NCBI GenBank assembly: GCA_018897195.1
Contig: JAHILH010000005.1
Coordinates: 128,745 to 192,744, forward strand
Length of the DNA stretch: 64,000 nt
From: Patescibacteria group bacterium
GTDB lineage: Bacteria > Patescibacteriota > Patescibacteriia > Patescibacteriales > UBA12075
Direction of reading: 5' to 3'
Shown: positions 18,540-30,570 of the stretch, piece after piece
Layout: each line of letters begins with the position of its first letter
Position numbering within the stretch: position 1 is the stretch's first letter
Program-made: the position numbers and the translations under genes
The notes under the pieces: generated by a model
Seen by the model: only the letters and a program-made list of their open reading frames with translations
Told to the model about the DNA's origin: nothing
The model's database searches: none

Positions 18540-19247
18540 TCACTCGACATTTCTACACCTCTTGATTGTCTTATATATCGCTCCTACTTCTTCTGGGCTA
18601 AGTTTCCCTTTTTGCTCTTGTAAAATTTTTGCTAAATATTTTGCCTGCACTACAAGGACATTGTCTCGCTCAATGCCTCTAAATAAATCATCAGAATAAA
18701 CTCCATGCACGCTCGATAGCACGACTGTTGCCTTCACCCAATAATTTTTCTTCAAATTTGCTGATAAAATTTTATTTATTTTTAAGGCTTTAATTTTAAT
18801 TTTTTTTAAAATTTTTTCATCAAACTGATTATTTTTCTTATAAATCTTGCCGCTCAAATTCCTAAATCTCCCTAAATAATTTTTTATTTCAATCGCAGAT
18901 ATTCCCGTTGGGCCGATAACAACTAAATCAATATCCCCATATTGATCAACCACTATATTTGATAATAATTTATAATTACTCGGCAATTCTGTTAACAACC
19001 TACGCGACACCTCATTTTCACCTCTCAGGCCAGACCGATAATTCCTAAAGCCTTTCACTGATTTCACAAACACCTTAAAAGAAAAATAAAAAAAGATAAA
19101 TAAATAGATAACTATCACCGATGGATCCACAATCAAATATTTCCTAATTAAATATAAGCCAAACAAAAAACTCACCAAAGTTAAAATCGGACTAAAAAAA
19201 TACATCACTATTTTTCGTTCAATATATTTGGAATTAATTTTTACCAT
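18540..19247 (-). CDS. Membrane-anchored NERD-domain protein
   Basis: Two N-terminal TM segments, then RGENEVSRRL...GDIDLVVIGPTGISAIEIKN, typical of NERD nuclease-related domains. Confidence 0.7.
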   Translation of the reverse strand: MVKINSKYIERKIVMYFFSPILTLVSFLFGLYLIRKYLIVDPSVIVIYLFIFFYFSFKVFVKSVKGFRNYRSGLRGENEVSRRLLTELPSNYKLLSNIVVDQYGDIDLVVIGPTGISAIEIKNYLGRFRNLSGKIYKKNNQFDEKILKKIKIKALKINKILSANLKKNYWVKATVVLSSVHGVYSDDLFRGIERDNVLVVQAKYLAKILQEQKGKLSPEEVGAIYKTIKRCRNVE

Positions 19248-19333
19248 AAAAAATTTAATTTTAATTATTTACTACTATTTTAGCATAATAAAAAAATATG
19301 CTATAATTAATACATTACAATTAATATTATCTT

Positions 19334-20407
19334 ATGAATCTAGACAATATCAAAGATGTCAAAAAATTAGACACCGCGCTCGTGTCTGAATCAATCGAGG
19401 CTCTACCGAGACAAATTAAACAAGTGTTAAAAGAAGCCAACAATATTAAGATTCCAGCGGCTTATAAAAAAATAAACAAAGTAGTCGTCAGTGGTATGGG
19501 TGGCTCCAATTTAGGTGCGCGCATTATCGAATCGGTTTTTAGTGATCAAATTAAGGTACCAGTCATCATCTTGGCTGACTATACCGTGCCGGCGATGGTT
19601 GATAAAAATACGCTTTACATCCTTTCTTCTTACTCGGGCAATACTGAAGAAACTTTGAGCACTTACTTTGAAGTGAAAAAACGCAAGGCCAAGATTATTG
19701 CCATCACGGCGCATCATGAGAAAAACTCTTTGCAAAAGTTAATGGCCAAGGATAAAATTCCGGGTTATGTTTTCAAACATGATCACAACCCATCAGATCA
19801 ACCGCGTCTTGGCTTGGGCTATTCTATTTTTGGAATGATTTCGCTAATGAGCAAAGCGGGTGTTTTCAAACTTGGCAAAAAAGAAGTTGAGCAAATGGTC
19901 GCTAAATTAGAACAATGGAATAAGACCTTAAACACTGATAGTAAATTAATCAAAAATACGGCTAAGAAAATTGCAACCAAGCTCAAAGGCAAGGAACCAG
20001 TTTTGGTTGGTGCCGAATTTTTACACGGCAACCTACACGCCTTACGCAATCAATTTTCGGAAACCAGTAAAAACTTCGCCAGCTTCTTAATCTTGCCTGA
20101 CCTTAATCACTTCGCCATGGAAGGCCTGGCCCACCCTATCAGCAACAAAAAAGATTTCGTCTTCTTGTTTTTTGACAGCACTCTGTATCATCCCCGCATC
20201 CAAAAGCGAGCTCACCTAACTAAACAAGTGGTCAAGAAAAATAAGATTCAAGTTTTGGACTATCAATTAAAAGGCTTAACTAAATTAGAGCAATCTTTTG
20301 AAGTTTTACAACTCGGCACCTGGATTACTTATTATCTAGGACTCTTAAATGAAATCAAACCAGGACAAGTTCCTTTTGTCGACTGGTTTAAAGCCCAATT
20401 AGGTTAA
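19334..20407 (+). CDS. Bifunctional phosphoglucose/phosphomannose isomerase (SIS family)
   Basis: 357 aa; SGMGGSNLGA SIS motif, size and layout of the PGI/PMI family. Confidence 0.7.
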   Translation: MNLDNIKDVKKLDTALVSESIEALPRQIKQVLKEANNIKIPAAYKKINKVVVSGMGGSNLGARIIESVFSDQIKVPVIILADYTVPAMVDKNTLYILSSYSGNTEETLSTYFEVKKRKAKIIAITAHHEKNSLQKLMAKDKIPGYVFKHDHNPSDQPRLGLGYSIFGMISLMSKAGVFKLGKKEVEQMVAKLEQWNKTLNTDSKLIKNTAKKIATKLKGKEPVLVGAEFLHGNLHALRNQFSETSKNFASFLILPDLNHFAMEGLAHPISNKKDFVFLFFDSTLYHPRIQKRAHLTKQVVKKNKIQVLDYQLKGLTKLEQSFEVLQLGTWITYYLGLLNEIKPGQVPFVDWFKAQLG

Positions 20408-20569
20408 AATTGACCAATATTAGAAATATTATTTCCCAAAAACATAAATTGTTGTAAATTTCACGTAACCGCGTTAAGTTTACAACAATTTTTTGTTTTT
20501 ACGAAGAAAACTTGACATTTACCCCAAAATCATTACACTATATATATTAAATATTAAAAAAGGAAACCA

Positions 20570-20603
20570 CCTCACCCTGCCCTCTCCTGGCCAGGAGAGG
20601 GAG
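20570..20603 (+). repeat. GC-rich palindromic repeat, family 1, in topA 5' leader
   Basis: cctcaccctgccctctcctggccaggagagggag (perfect 11-bp palindrome arms). Confidence 0.9.
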
Positions 20604-20621
20604 TAATCTTAGTTAAAATAC

Positions 20622-22838
20622 ATGAATTTAGTTATCGTTGAGTCACCTACCAAGGCCAAAACTATTACCAAGTTTTTGGGCAAGGAATACAAAATTGAGT
20701 CCTCTTTTGGACATATTCGCGATTTACCTAAAAGCGTGATGGGTATTGATACTGAGAATAATTTTGAACCAACCTATATCATTCCAGAAGATAAGGAGAA
20801 AAATTTAAATAACCTAAAAAGACTCGCCAAGACGGCTGAGAACATCATACTAGCAACCGATGAAGACCGAGAGGGAGAAGCGATTGCTTGGCACTTGGCG
20901 GAGGCTTTGGAAATTCCCGAAGAAAAACGTAGCCGAATTGCCTTTCATGAAATTACCAAGACGGCGATCTTGGAAGCCTTGAAACATCCACGCAAGATTG
21001 ATATGGAAATGGTGAATGCCCAACAAGCACGCCGAATTTTGGATCGTTTAGTTGGTTATGAATTATCACCGTTTCTTTGGAAAAAAGTGGCTCGTGGTCT
21101 TTCTGCTGGTCGTGTCCAAAGTGTCGCTGTCCGTTTAGTAGTTGAAAGAGAAAGAGAAATTAAAGCTTTCAATATTGATGAATACTGGACAATTGATGCC
21201 TTATTAGAAAATGACAAGAAAGAACCGATTGAGGCACGTTTAAATAAAATTAATGGCAAAACCGCTGACAAATTAGAGATCAAGACCAAAGAAGATTCTG
21301 AAAAAGTTTTAGAAACTTTAGCTAAGGCAACTTACGAAATTTCCAATATCGAAAAAAAGAAAGCAATTAAAAATCAACCAAAACCTTTAACCACTTCCAC
21401 CTTGCAACAAGCGGCCAATCGCTCATTAGGATTCTCCGCGAAACAAACCATGATGTTGGCGCAGAAGCTTTACGAATTGGGTCATATCACCTACATGAGA
21501 ACTGACTCTTTGAATTTGTCGGAAAAGTTTTTAACCGAAGCACAAACATATTTAAAAACCAACGTTGGTGAACAATATGCCCTAGCACAACCAAGGGTAT
21601 TTAAAACAAAATCAAAGGGTGCGCAAGAAGCGCATGAGGCGATTCGTCCGACTGATCCGAATAATACCCCAGAATCATTAACACTAGAAGATAAACAACA
21701 AAGACTATATAGATTAATTTGGCAAAGAACTTTGGCGAGTCAAATGCCAGAAGCCATTTTTGATGCAACAACTATTGACGTCGTAGCCAAGGGCACGCCT
21801 TATGAATTCCGTGCCAGCGGACAGGTCATGCAATTTGATGGTTATTTGAAAATTTGGCCTGAAAAAAGCAAGGAATTAAATTTGCCAAATGTGTCCGCGC
21901 ACGAAATTTTAAAACTAAACGAATTAAAACCCGAACAACATTTTACCAAACCACCCGCTCGTTACTCTGATGCTGGCCTGGTCAAAAAAATGGAAGAATA
22001 CGGCATTGGTCGTCCTTCGACTTATGCGCCAACTATTGCTACTATTGAAGCGCGTAATTATGTAGCGCGTGATGAGAATAAAAAACTCGAACCTACTGAT
22101 ATTGCCTTTGTCGTAACTGACATGCTAGTAAATCATTTTCACACCGTCATCGACTATCGCTTTACCGCTCAGATGGAACACGATCTAGACCGCATCTCCG
22201 AGGGTAAAATTGAATGGCAACCGGTAATCAAAGATTTTTACAACCCCTTCCATAGGAATTTAGAGGAAAAATCAGAAAATTTGAACAAGGATGATATTTC
22301 TCCTGTCGAAGAGTCGGACGAAATTTGTGAAAAATGTAATTCCAAAATGATAGTCAAAACTGGACGCTACGGCCGTTTTTTGGCTTGCTCCAATTATCCA
22401 ACCTGTAAAAATATCAAAGGTATCGACAAAAAACCAGGCACGACCGCAAGTCCGGAAATGACTGAAAAAATGAAAGAGATGCAAGACAAATACAAAGACG
22501 AGAAATGTGAAAAATGCGGTGAACCGATGGCGGTCAAAACTGGTCGCTTCGGACCATTTCTAGCCTGCACTGGCTATCCAAAATGCAAGAACATCAAAAA
22601 CACCGGCGACAGCAATTCCGGCACCGGCGTCACCTGTCCGAAATGTAGCACTGGCGAAATCGTCGCCAAAAAAAGTGCCCGTGGCATCTTCTATGCTTGC
22701 AACAAATATCCTGATTGTAAAAATGCTTACTATGGCAAACCGACCGGCGAGAAATGTCCAGACTGTGAAGGCTTATTGATCGAATGGAAAGAAGGCGCGG
22801 TTAAGTGCTCGACTAAAGGATGTAAGTTTAAGAAATAA
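20622..22838 (+). CDS. topA: DNA topoisomerase I
   Basis: TOPRIM start MNLVIVESPTKAKTI, DEDREGE, catalytic ITYMRTDS, four C-terminal CxxC..CxxC zinc ribbons. Confidence 0.95.
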   Translation: MNLVIVESPTKAKTITKFLGKEYKIESSFGHIRDLPKSVMGIDTENNFEPTYIIPEDKEKNLNNLKRLAKTAENIILATDEDREGEAIAWHLAEALEIPEEKRSRIAFHEITKTAILEALKHPRKIDMEMVNAQQARRILDRLVGYELSPFLWKKVARGLSAGRVQSVAVRLVVEREREIKAFNIDEYWTIDALLENDKKEPIEARLNKINGKTADKLEIKTKEDSEKVLETLAKATYEISNIEKKKAIKNQPKPLTTSTLQQAANRSLGFSAKQTMMLAQKLYELGHITYMRTDSLNLSEKFLTEAQTYLKTNVGEQYALAQPRVFKTKSKGAQEAHEAIRPTDPNNTPESLTLEDKQQRLYRLIWQRTLASQMPEAIFDATTIDVVAKGTPYEFRASGQVMQFDGYLKIWPEKSKELNLPNVSAHEILKLNELKPEQHFTKPPARYSDAGLVKKMEEYGIGRPSTYAPTIATIEARNYVARDENKKLEPTDIAFVVTDMLVNHFHTVIDYRFTAQMEHDLDRISEGKIEWQPVIKDFYNPFHRNLEEKSENLNKDDISPVEESDEICEKCNSKMIVKTGRYGRFLACSNYPTCKNIKGIDKKPGTTASPEMTEKMKEMQDKYKDEKCEKCGEPMAVKTGRFGPFLACTGYPKCKNIKNTGDSNSGTGVTCPKCSTGEIVAKKSARGIFYACNKYPDCKNAYYGKPTGEKCPDCEGLLIEWKEGAVKCSTKGCKFKK

Positions 22839-22861
22839 AATTCATTAAAGCATAATAAAAA

Positions 22862-22882
22862 AGCGTTCACACTGTGAACGCT
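22862..22882. terminator. Hairpin terminator after topA
   Basis: agcgttcac-act-gtgaacgct with A6 upstream and a T-rich tail. Confidence 0.6.
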
Positions 22883-22894
22883 TTTATGTTTTAT

Positions 22895-23101
22895 TCAAAA
22901 AACATCTGTTTCGCGTAGCCTTTGCTGCCACTTATCCAAGTCCAGACTTTCTCTAGTTGAAAAAGAACCAACCTTTCTTTCGACCACCTTTTTCACAATT
23001 ACCTTGTGACCATCTGTGCTAACTTCCGGATTTACCGTGACTAATTCGTGCACGTTTTTACCATCATCTAAGGTTTTTTTAAATCCTTTTTGCGCAAACA
23101 C
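22895..23101 (-). CDS. Small hypothetical ORF (GTG start, no SD); probably the C-terminal part of a frameshifted or recoded gene with 23068..23250
   Basis: Starts directly after an in-frame stop; overlaps the upstream ORF by 34 nt across an A7 run. Confidence 0.4.
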   Translation of the reverse strand: MFAQKGFKKTLDDGKNVHELVTVNPEVSTDGHKVIVKKVVERKVGSFSTRESLDLDKWQQRLRETDVF

Positions 23102-23250
23102 AGATCAACGGCCGGCATCATTACAAATCTTACGAAAACAATGAAACAGATTGTAATAATAAAAGGAACTTCTACTGCGGAAAAGATTGCCCTTAACCAA
23201 CTTAGAGCCAAACCCACAAAAGAACTAATAATATTCAATAGATCATCCAT
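23068..23250 (-). CDS. Small membrane protein (60 aa)
   Basis: GGAGGA SD upstream of ATG; two hydrophobic segments. Confidence 0.55.
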   Translation of the reverse strand: MDDLLNIISSFVGLALSWLRAIFSAVEVPFIITICFIVFVRFVMMPAVDLCLRKKDLKKP

Positions 23251-23266
23251 ACGTCCTCCAATTGTT

Positions 23267-23620
23267 TTAAAAATCTTTATCCCCGTTTTTTTTCAGACCT
23301 CGTTTAAAAACAACACCTCTTCTTCTGTCTAATTCATTGTAATACTTCTTTCTCTCTTTTTCGTTTAAAAGAAATAGCAATTTTACATCAACAGATAAGG
23401 AATAATGATTCTCATTTTTTCCTGCATAATAACTATGCAGCCAAAACCTCAATTGGTATAATTTTTTAGTCAGCCATTTAATCATTAACTCTCCCCTTAT
23501 ATAAATGATTAGCAAAGCTAAGCCAACTATATAGATAAAAATTATCAATCCAGGTGTTGTTGATATAAAAATCAAAAGGTCATTTTTTATAGAAAGAACT
23601 AATTGTAATAATTTATCCAT
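23267..23620 (-). CDS. Small membrane protein (117 aa)
   Basis: TAAGGAG SD 7 nt before ATG; N-terminal TM hairpin, basic C-terminus. Confidence 0.6.
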   Translation of the reverse strand: MDKLLQLVLSIKNDLLIFISTTPGLIIFIYIVGLALLIIYIRGELMIKWLTKKLYQLRFWLHSYYAGKNENHYSLSVDVKLLFLLNEKERKKYYNELDRRRGVVFKRGLKKNGDKDF

Positions 23621-23908
23621 GACAAGCTCCTTATATTTAGCTTATTTTGATAAGATTACTGCATATAAGATAACAAAAAAAACAACATTAGTCAAAGCAA
23701 AAAATAAACCTAAAAAACCATGATTGACAAAAACACTTTTTTCATCTAAGCTAATATTATGAAATATAATATTAACCAACTAAATAAAAATATTTGGAGC
23801 ACCGTCAATGGATTGCCCTATTTTTGCATGCCTGCAAAAACTTTTTATTTAGCTGTCTTTATGTAAAGAAAAACCAAATTGGTAATTTCAATTAACATAC
23901 TCTTGCAA

Positions 23909-23940
23909 AATAATCTCGGCTAAATAAAGTCGAGATTATT
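23909..23940 (+). terminator. Hairpin plus T7 terminator in orphan intergenic region
   Basis: aataatctcg-n12-cgagattatt followed by ttttttt. Confidence 0.5.
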
Positions 23941-24130
23941 TTTTTAAATAAACAAATATGAATAAGATAAAAAACCACAAATTTACTATAATTATGCCGA
24001 CCTGTTTTTTGATAGTCTCTTTTGATGTTCCGCAAGAGGCTTACTTGTATCAAATGCTTTTATATAGTCGCAGCTATTTTATCAATATGAAAAATAATAG
24101 GTGAAAAATCACTTAACTATTTCTCGATAA

Positions 24131-24163
24131 AATAACTCCGGCTGGATAAAAGCCGGAGTTATT
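24131..24163. terminator. 13-bp hairpin in orphan intergenic region
   Basis: aataactccggct-ggataaa-agccggagttatt. Confidence 0.55.
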
Positions 24164-24199
24164 TTATTAAACGCTAATTAACTTAACAAGGAGTAAAAA

Positions 24200-25384
24200 A
24201 TGGAAAATTCACAAACTGATCGTAACATTAAATTATTCAAAATCTTTAAAATGTTTAGCGGCCCTCTTTTTTGGGGACCAGTGCTAATCTCGTACATTGT
24301 CAATGTTGGGAAAATGAGCTTGGCAGACATATATACCATGGAAGCAATTGTCGTTACTGGTATGATTTTTATGGAAGTATATTCGAGTGGTTGGGCCGAT
24401 CTCTTGGGCCGAAAAAAAACGGTCATCCTTGGCTCTGCCCTGCAAGCCATAGCTCTTATTATCTTTACCATCGCTGCATCGCCAGCATCAATCTGGATTG
24501 CAAATATCTTAATCATGATTGGCGGCGCCATCATATCCGGAGCTGATGAGGCCTTCTTAGTTGACACCCTCAAAGACGCTGGTCGCTTTGACGAGTTAAC
24601 TAAAATTAACCGTGACATCGGCAACAAAGTCTTTGCCATGATCACTTTCAGCTCAGTCGCCGCTGGCTATCTCTATTCCATCAACCCACGCCTTCCGATG
24701 ATTCTTTCAATTCCTGGTGTACTGCTTGCTTTTGTTGTTACGTTCTTTTTTTATGAACCAAGGACAACGGAAAAATCTGGACATAGAGAACATTTCGATT
24801 TAATCAAAATGAGTGTACTCTTTGTTGCCAATAACAAAAAAGTAAAATGGATTATTGCTTACATCGCCCTGATTGCCGTGGCTTCAAAAATATGGTTTTT
24901 TTCCTATAATCCATATTTTGAACTAACCATGATCAGTCCTAAGTATTTTGGGTGGATATTTTTCTCCCTAAATTTTGTCGCCTGGCAGGCAAACAAACAT
25001 GCCCATGTCCTCGAAAATAAGTTTAGTGAGAGAACAATTATTACCATTCTCGTACTCCTGATATCAGTACCAATAATTCTCTTTGGTAACTTCGTCGCCC
25101 AAATATCAATTCTCTTTTTATTTGGCGACAGTATTGTTAGAGGGTTTAAAAGAGCTTTCTTTTCCCGGCTCATCAATGAGCACTTGGATTCCAAAAACCG
25201 AGCCACTGTGCTCTCAATCCAATCTGCCTCCGAATCAATTGTGGGCGCCATTGGCCTCTGGATTTTCGGCATCGGTTTAAAAATATTTTCATTACCAAGC
25301 GCCTTGCAAATACACGGCCTGGCAATGTTAATTATCGGCCTTCTAATAATTTCACAATATCGAAAAATTTTTCGGTCACAATAA
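24200..25384 (+). CDS. MFS-type transporter
   Basis: 394 aa, about 12 hydrophobic segments; AAGGAG SD. Confidence 0.75.
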   Translation: MENSQTDRNIKLFKIFKMFSGPLFWGPVLISYIVNVGKMSLADIYTMEAIVVTGMIFMEVYSSGWADLLGRKKTVILGSALQAIALIIFTIAASPASIWIANILIMIGGAIISGADEAFLVDTLKDAGRFDELTKINRDIGNKVFAMITFSSVAAGYLYSINPRLPMILSIPGVLLAFVVTFFFYEPRTTEKSGHREHFDLIKMSVLFVANNKKVKWIIAYIALIAVASKIWFFSYNPYFELTMISPKYFGWIFFSLNFVAWQANKHAHVLENKFSERTIITILVLLISVPIILFGNFVAQISILFLFGDSIVRGFKRAFFSRLINEHLDSKNRATVLSIQSASESIVGAIGLWIFGIGLKIFSLPSALQIHGLAMLIIGLLIISQYRKIFRSQ

Positions 25385-25389
25385 AAAAA

Positions 25390-25413
25390 GAGGGTGAATA
25401 AATTTTCACCCTC
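25390..25413 (+). terminator. Intrinsic terminator after MFS gene
   Basis: gagggtgaa-n6-ttcaccctc + T5. Confidence 0.7.
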
Positions 25414-25468
25414 TTTTTATTTTAAAATCAAAAAAATAGCTCCAATTAATCGGAACTATTTTTCTATG

Positions 25469-25541
25469 TGCGCCCAACAGGATTTGAACCTGTGACCGTT
25501 TGCTTAAGAGGCAACTGCTCTACCAGCTGAGCTATGAGCGC
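25469..25541 (-). tRNA. tRNA-Lys (anticodon CTT), CCA not encoded
   Basis: Minus strand GCGCTCATAGCTCAGCTGGTAGAGCAGTTGCCTCTTAAGCAAACGGTCACAGGTTCAAATCCTGTTGGGCGCA folds as a cloverleaf; loop CT-CTT-AA. Confidence 0.9.
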
Positions 25542-25577
25542 ATGTATATGACATAAAATTACTCTTATGTATTTGTG

Positions 25578-25651
25578 TGGCTGAGGAGAGACTTGAACTC
25601 TCGACCTTAGCGTTATGAGTGCTACGCTCTAACCAGCTGAGCTACCCAGCC
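25578..25651 (-). tRNA. tRNA with CAT anticodon (elongator Met type; Ile2-lysidine not excluded), CCA not encoded
   Basis: GGCTGGGTAGCTCAGCTGGTTAGAGCGTAGCACTCATAACGCTAAGGTCGAGAGTTCAAGTCTCTCCTCAGCCA; lacks the 3 G-C anticodon-stem pairs of initiators. Confidence 0.85.
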
Positions 25652-25669
25652 CTATATTTCTGCTCTATG

Positions 25670-25743
25670 TGCACCTGACAGGATTCGAACCTGTAACCTC
25701 TTGGTCCGAAGCCAAGCACTCTATCCAGTTGAGCTACAAGTGC
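25670..25743 (-). tRNA. tRNA-Arg (anticodon TCG), CCA not encoded
   Basis: GCACTTGTAGCTCAACTGGATAGAGTGCTTGGCTTCGGACCAAGAGGTTACAGGTTCGAATCCTGTCAGGTGCA; loop CT-TCG-GA. Confidence 0.9.
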
Positions 25744-25944
25744 AAAAAAGAATAATGCAAAAAACTCCTCAAAGGAGTTCTTTTAAATATTAGCATATTT
25801 AAAAAAATAATCAACCCCCAGAACAACAAATATTTAATTAGTGTTTTTGTTCAATATTAGCCACTTTTTATCCACGAGGCATTGACAAGCTATTTTATTT
25901 ATGTTGATATTTATAAATATTTTTTGAACAAAAAAACTTGTTTA

Positions 25945-26640
25945 TTACTTCTTTAAAACCAAATAATAATTATACTCATCCTTATACAACTTCTCAATCT
26001 TCAAGCCTGACTTTTTCACCAATCGCGTCAATTCCCATTTTGTAAACGCATGATAATATCTTTTCTTCGAAACATCCTCCGCTTCATTTTTCCAGTGAAA
26101 TAAAATATCACCGAAATCCATTTTGTTTTTACCAATTAATTTCAAAAAGAAATACTTCCAAATTAGCTTTTTATTTTTTTTATTTGCCCACAAATTCCAT
26201 GCTGAGATTATAATTCGCCCATCATCCTTAATCTTGTTTTTCATCTGACGCAAGGCGTTAATGCGTAACTCTTGATCTGGCAAGTGATGTAATACAGCAA
26301 TTGAATAAACAAAATCAAAATCTAATTCATTAATCTTACCCAAATCTAAAATATCAGCCACGGCAAATTCAGATTCAGGATACTGCTTCTGTGCCAAGGT
26401 AATTAAATTTTCACTTTGATCAATGCCTAGATACTTTATTTTCTTACCAGCAAACGCCTCTAACAGGCGTCCATTGCCACAACCAGCATCAAGCATCTTG
26501 TCACCGTCTTTTACGTCTCTGGTCAGATTTAACAACTCTGGCCAAATGCCTTTCTTGCGCGTCTCATCAAACTCCGCCGCAATACTTTCATAATTATCTT
26601 TAACGATGGTTAGCAATTCTTTTTGTGTATTTTTATCCAT
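25945..26640 (-). CDS. Class I SAM-dependent methyltransferase
   Basis: 231 aa; motif I LDAGCGNGRL, post-I and motif II pattern. Confidence 0.8.
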   Translation of the reverse strand: MDKNTQKELLTIVKDNYESIAAEFDETRKKGIWPELLNLTRDVKDGDKMLDAGCGNGRLLEAFAGKKIKYLGIDQSENLITLAQKQYPESEFAVADILDLGKINELDFDFVYSIAVLHHLPDQELRINALRQMKNKIKDDGRIIISAWNLWANKKNKKLIWKYFFLKLIGKNKMDFGDILFHWKNEAEDVSKKRYYHAFTKWELTRLVKKSGLKIEKLYKDEYNYYLVLKK

Positions 26641-26683
26641 ATATTTGTTTTAATTAAAGCATTATTATTTAAAAAAATAAAGA

Positions 26684-26703
26684 CCCACTCATCCATGAGT
26701 AGG
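26684..26703 (-). terminator. Hairpin plus U-rich tract at end of rRNA unit / upstream of methyltransferase
   Basis: Minus strand cctactcat-gg-atgagtggg followed by tctttattttttt. Confidence 0.6.
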
Positions 26704-26719
26704 CCAAAAAATTTTTAGA

Positions 26720-26925
26720 GAGAAAGGACAGAGGGATATTCACCATTCCTCATATCACGCCACATCCGTCGATTTATCTTACCATTCCATAGACAAGTAG
26801 TGGTTTTAATCCGTACCACCAACCTTGTTAGTCTCCTTGGTGGGCATGGCCACAATAAATCGTAAACAAAAAGAACAAATCGAATCTTTCTACTTTCTAG
26901 AAGTTTCATATTCCTTCCTCCTTTC
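26720..26925 (-). ncRNA. Unclassified structured RNA candidate between 5S rRNA and methyltransferase gene
   Basis: 5' GAAAGGAGGAAGGAAUAU (26925-26908) pairs with 3' AUAUCCCUCUGUCCUUUC (26739-26722); internal hairpins CCACCAA..UUGGUGG, CGAUUUAU..AUAAAUCG, CUUCUA..UAGAAAG. Confidence 0.35.
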
Positions 26926-26950
26926 GATTATTGAGTAATAAAAAAATCAT

Positions 26951-27070
26951 TGTTCTGGCGGCGACCTACTTTCCCAGGGCTCAGGCCCAAGTATCATCAG
27001 CGCTGAGAGGCTTAACTTCTGAGTTCGGAATGGGATCAGGTGTGACCCTCTCGCTAGTGCCACCAAAACA
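26951..27070 (-). rRNA. rrf: 5S ribosomal RNA
   Basis: Minus strand ...ttggtggcactagcgagagggtcacacctgatcccattccgaactcagaagttaagcctctcagcgctgatgatacttggg...gtaggtcgccgccagaaca. Confidence 0.93.
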
Positions 27071-27140
27071 ATGATTTCTTTATCAATGTGTAATATAATA
27101 TTATTCAAATAACGACCAGAAACTTACTTTAAACCCAAAA

Positions 27141-30186
<3,046 letters not shown>

Positions 30187-30276
30187 TTTTAAATTTAACT
30201 TTAAAATTGCAAATGCATCTCTGCATTATATTAATTTTTGGTTTCTCTAATTATTATGTTGAATAACATTATTCAG

Positions 30277-30286
30277 TTGTTAAAGT
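30277..30286 (-). promoter_or_regulatory. boxA-like antitermination element in rRNA leader
   Basis: Minus strand ACUUUAACAA matches the core of rrn boxA (GCUCUUUAACAA); nusB is encoded in this window. Confidence 0.45.
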
Positions 30287-30448
30287 ACTATCCCCGACAC
30301 TTCGTAACACTTGCAGGCATCCCTTCGCTTGGCAGCTCCAGAACAGCAAATTTCACAAATAGTATCATAGATACTAATCAGGAATTAAGGATTAAGGAAT
30401 TTATCAAATTTCTGAATTCTTAATGACTGATTTATCTTTTTTAGGAGC

Positions 30449-30470
30449 AAAAAAACCGCTTAAAGCGGTT
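30449..30470 (-). terminator. Hairpin plus U7 in region upstream of 23S
   Basis: Minus strand aaccgc-tttaa-gcggtt followed by ttttttt. Confidence 0.55.
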
Positions 30471-30570
30471 CTAGACAAAACTCTAATAAGAGCTGACTGG
30501 TTAACCGCTTACATACTTAAGATTTACTATAAAATTTATCATAAAATATCTTTTATCAAATCTGAAATTT

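Noticed and set aside
22895-23620. Small membrane-protein operon as a prophage lysis (holin) cassette or toxin-antitoxin pair
   Set aside because: There is no endolysin, integrase or other phage gene nearby, and no recognisable toxin fold. Only hydrophobicity supports the idea.
26811-26820. T-box riboswitch, suggested by GGUGGUAC matching the T-box core GGGUGGUACCGCG
   Set aside because: The motif is about 105 nt from the terminator instead of overlapping it. I could find no stem I, specifier loop or AG-bulge features. The downstream gene is a methyltransferase rather than an aaRS or amino-acid gene, and trpS in this window has no T-box leader.
26715-26909. 64-aa ORF with a perfect SD downstream of 5S rRNA as a protein gene
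   Set aside because: The peptide (MKLLESRKIRFVLFVYDLLWPCPPRRL...) is rich in W, R and C and does not look protein-like. The SD-like sequence is complementary to a segment 170 nt downstream, so it is better explained as part of an RNA helix.
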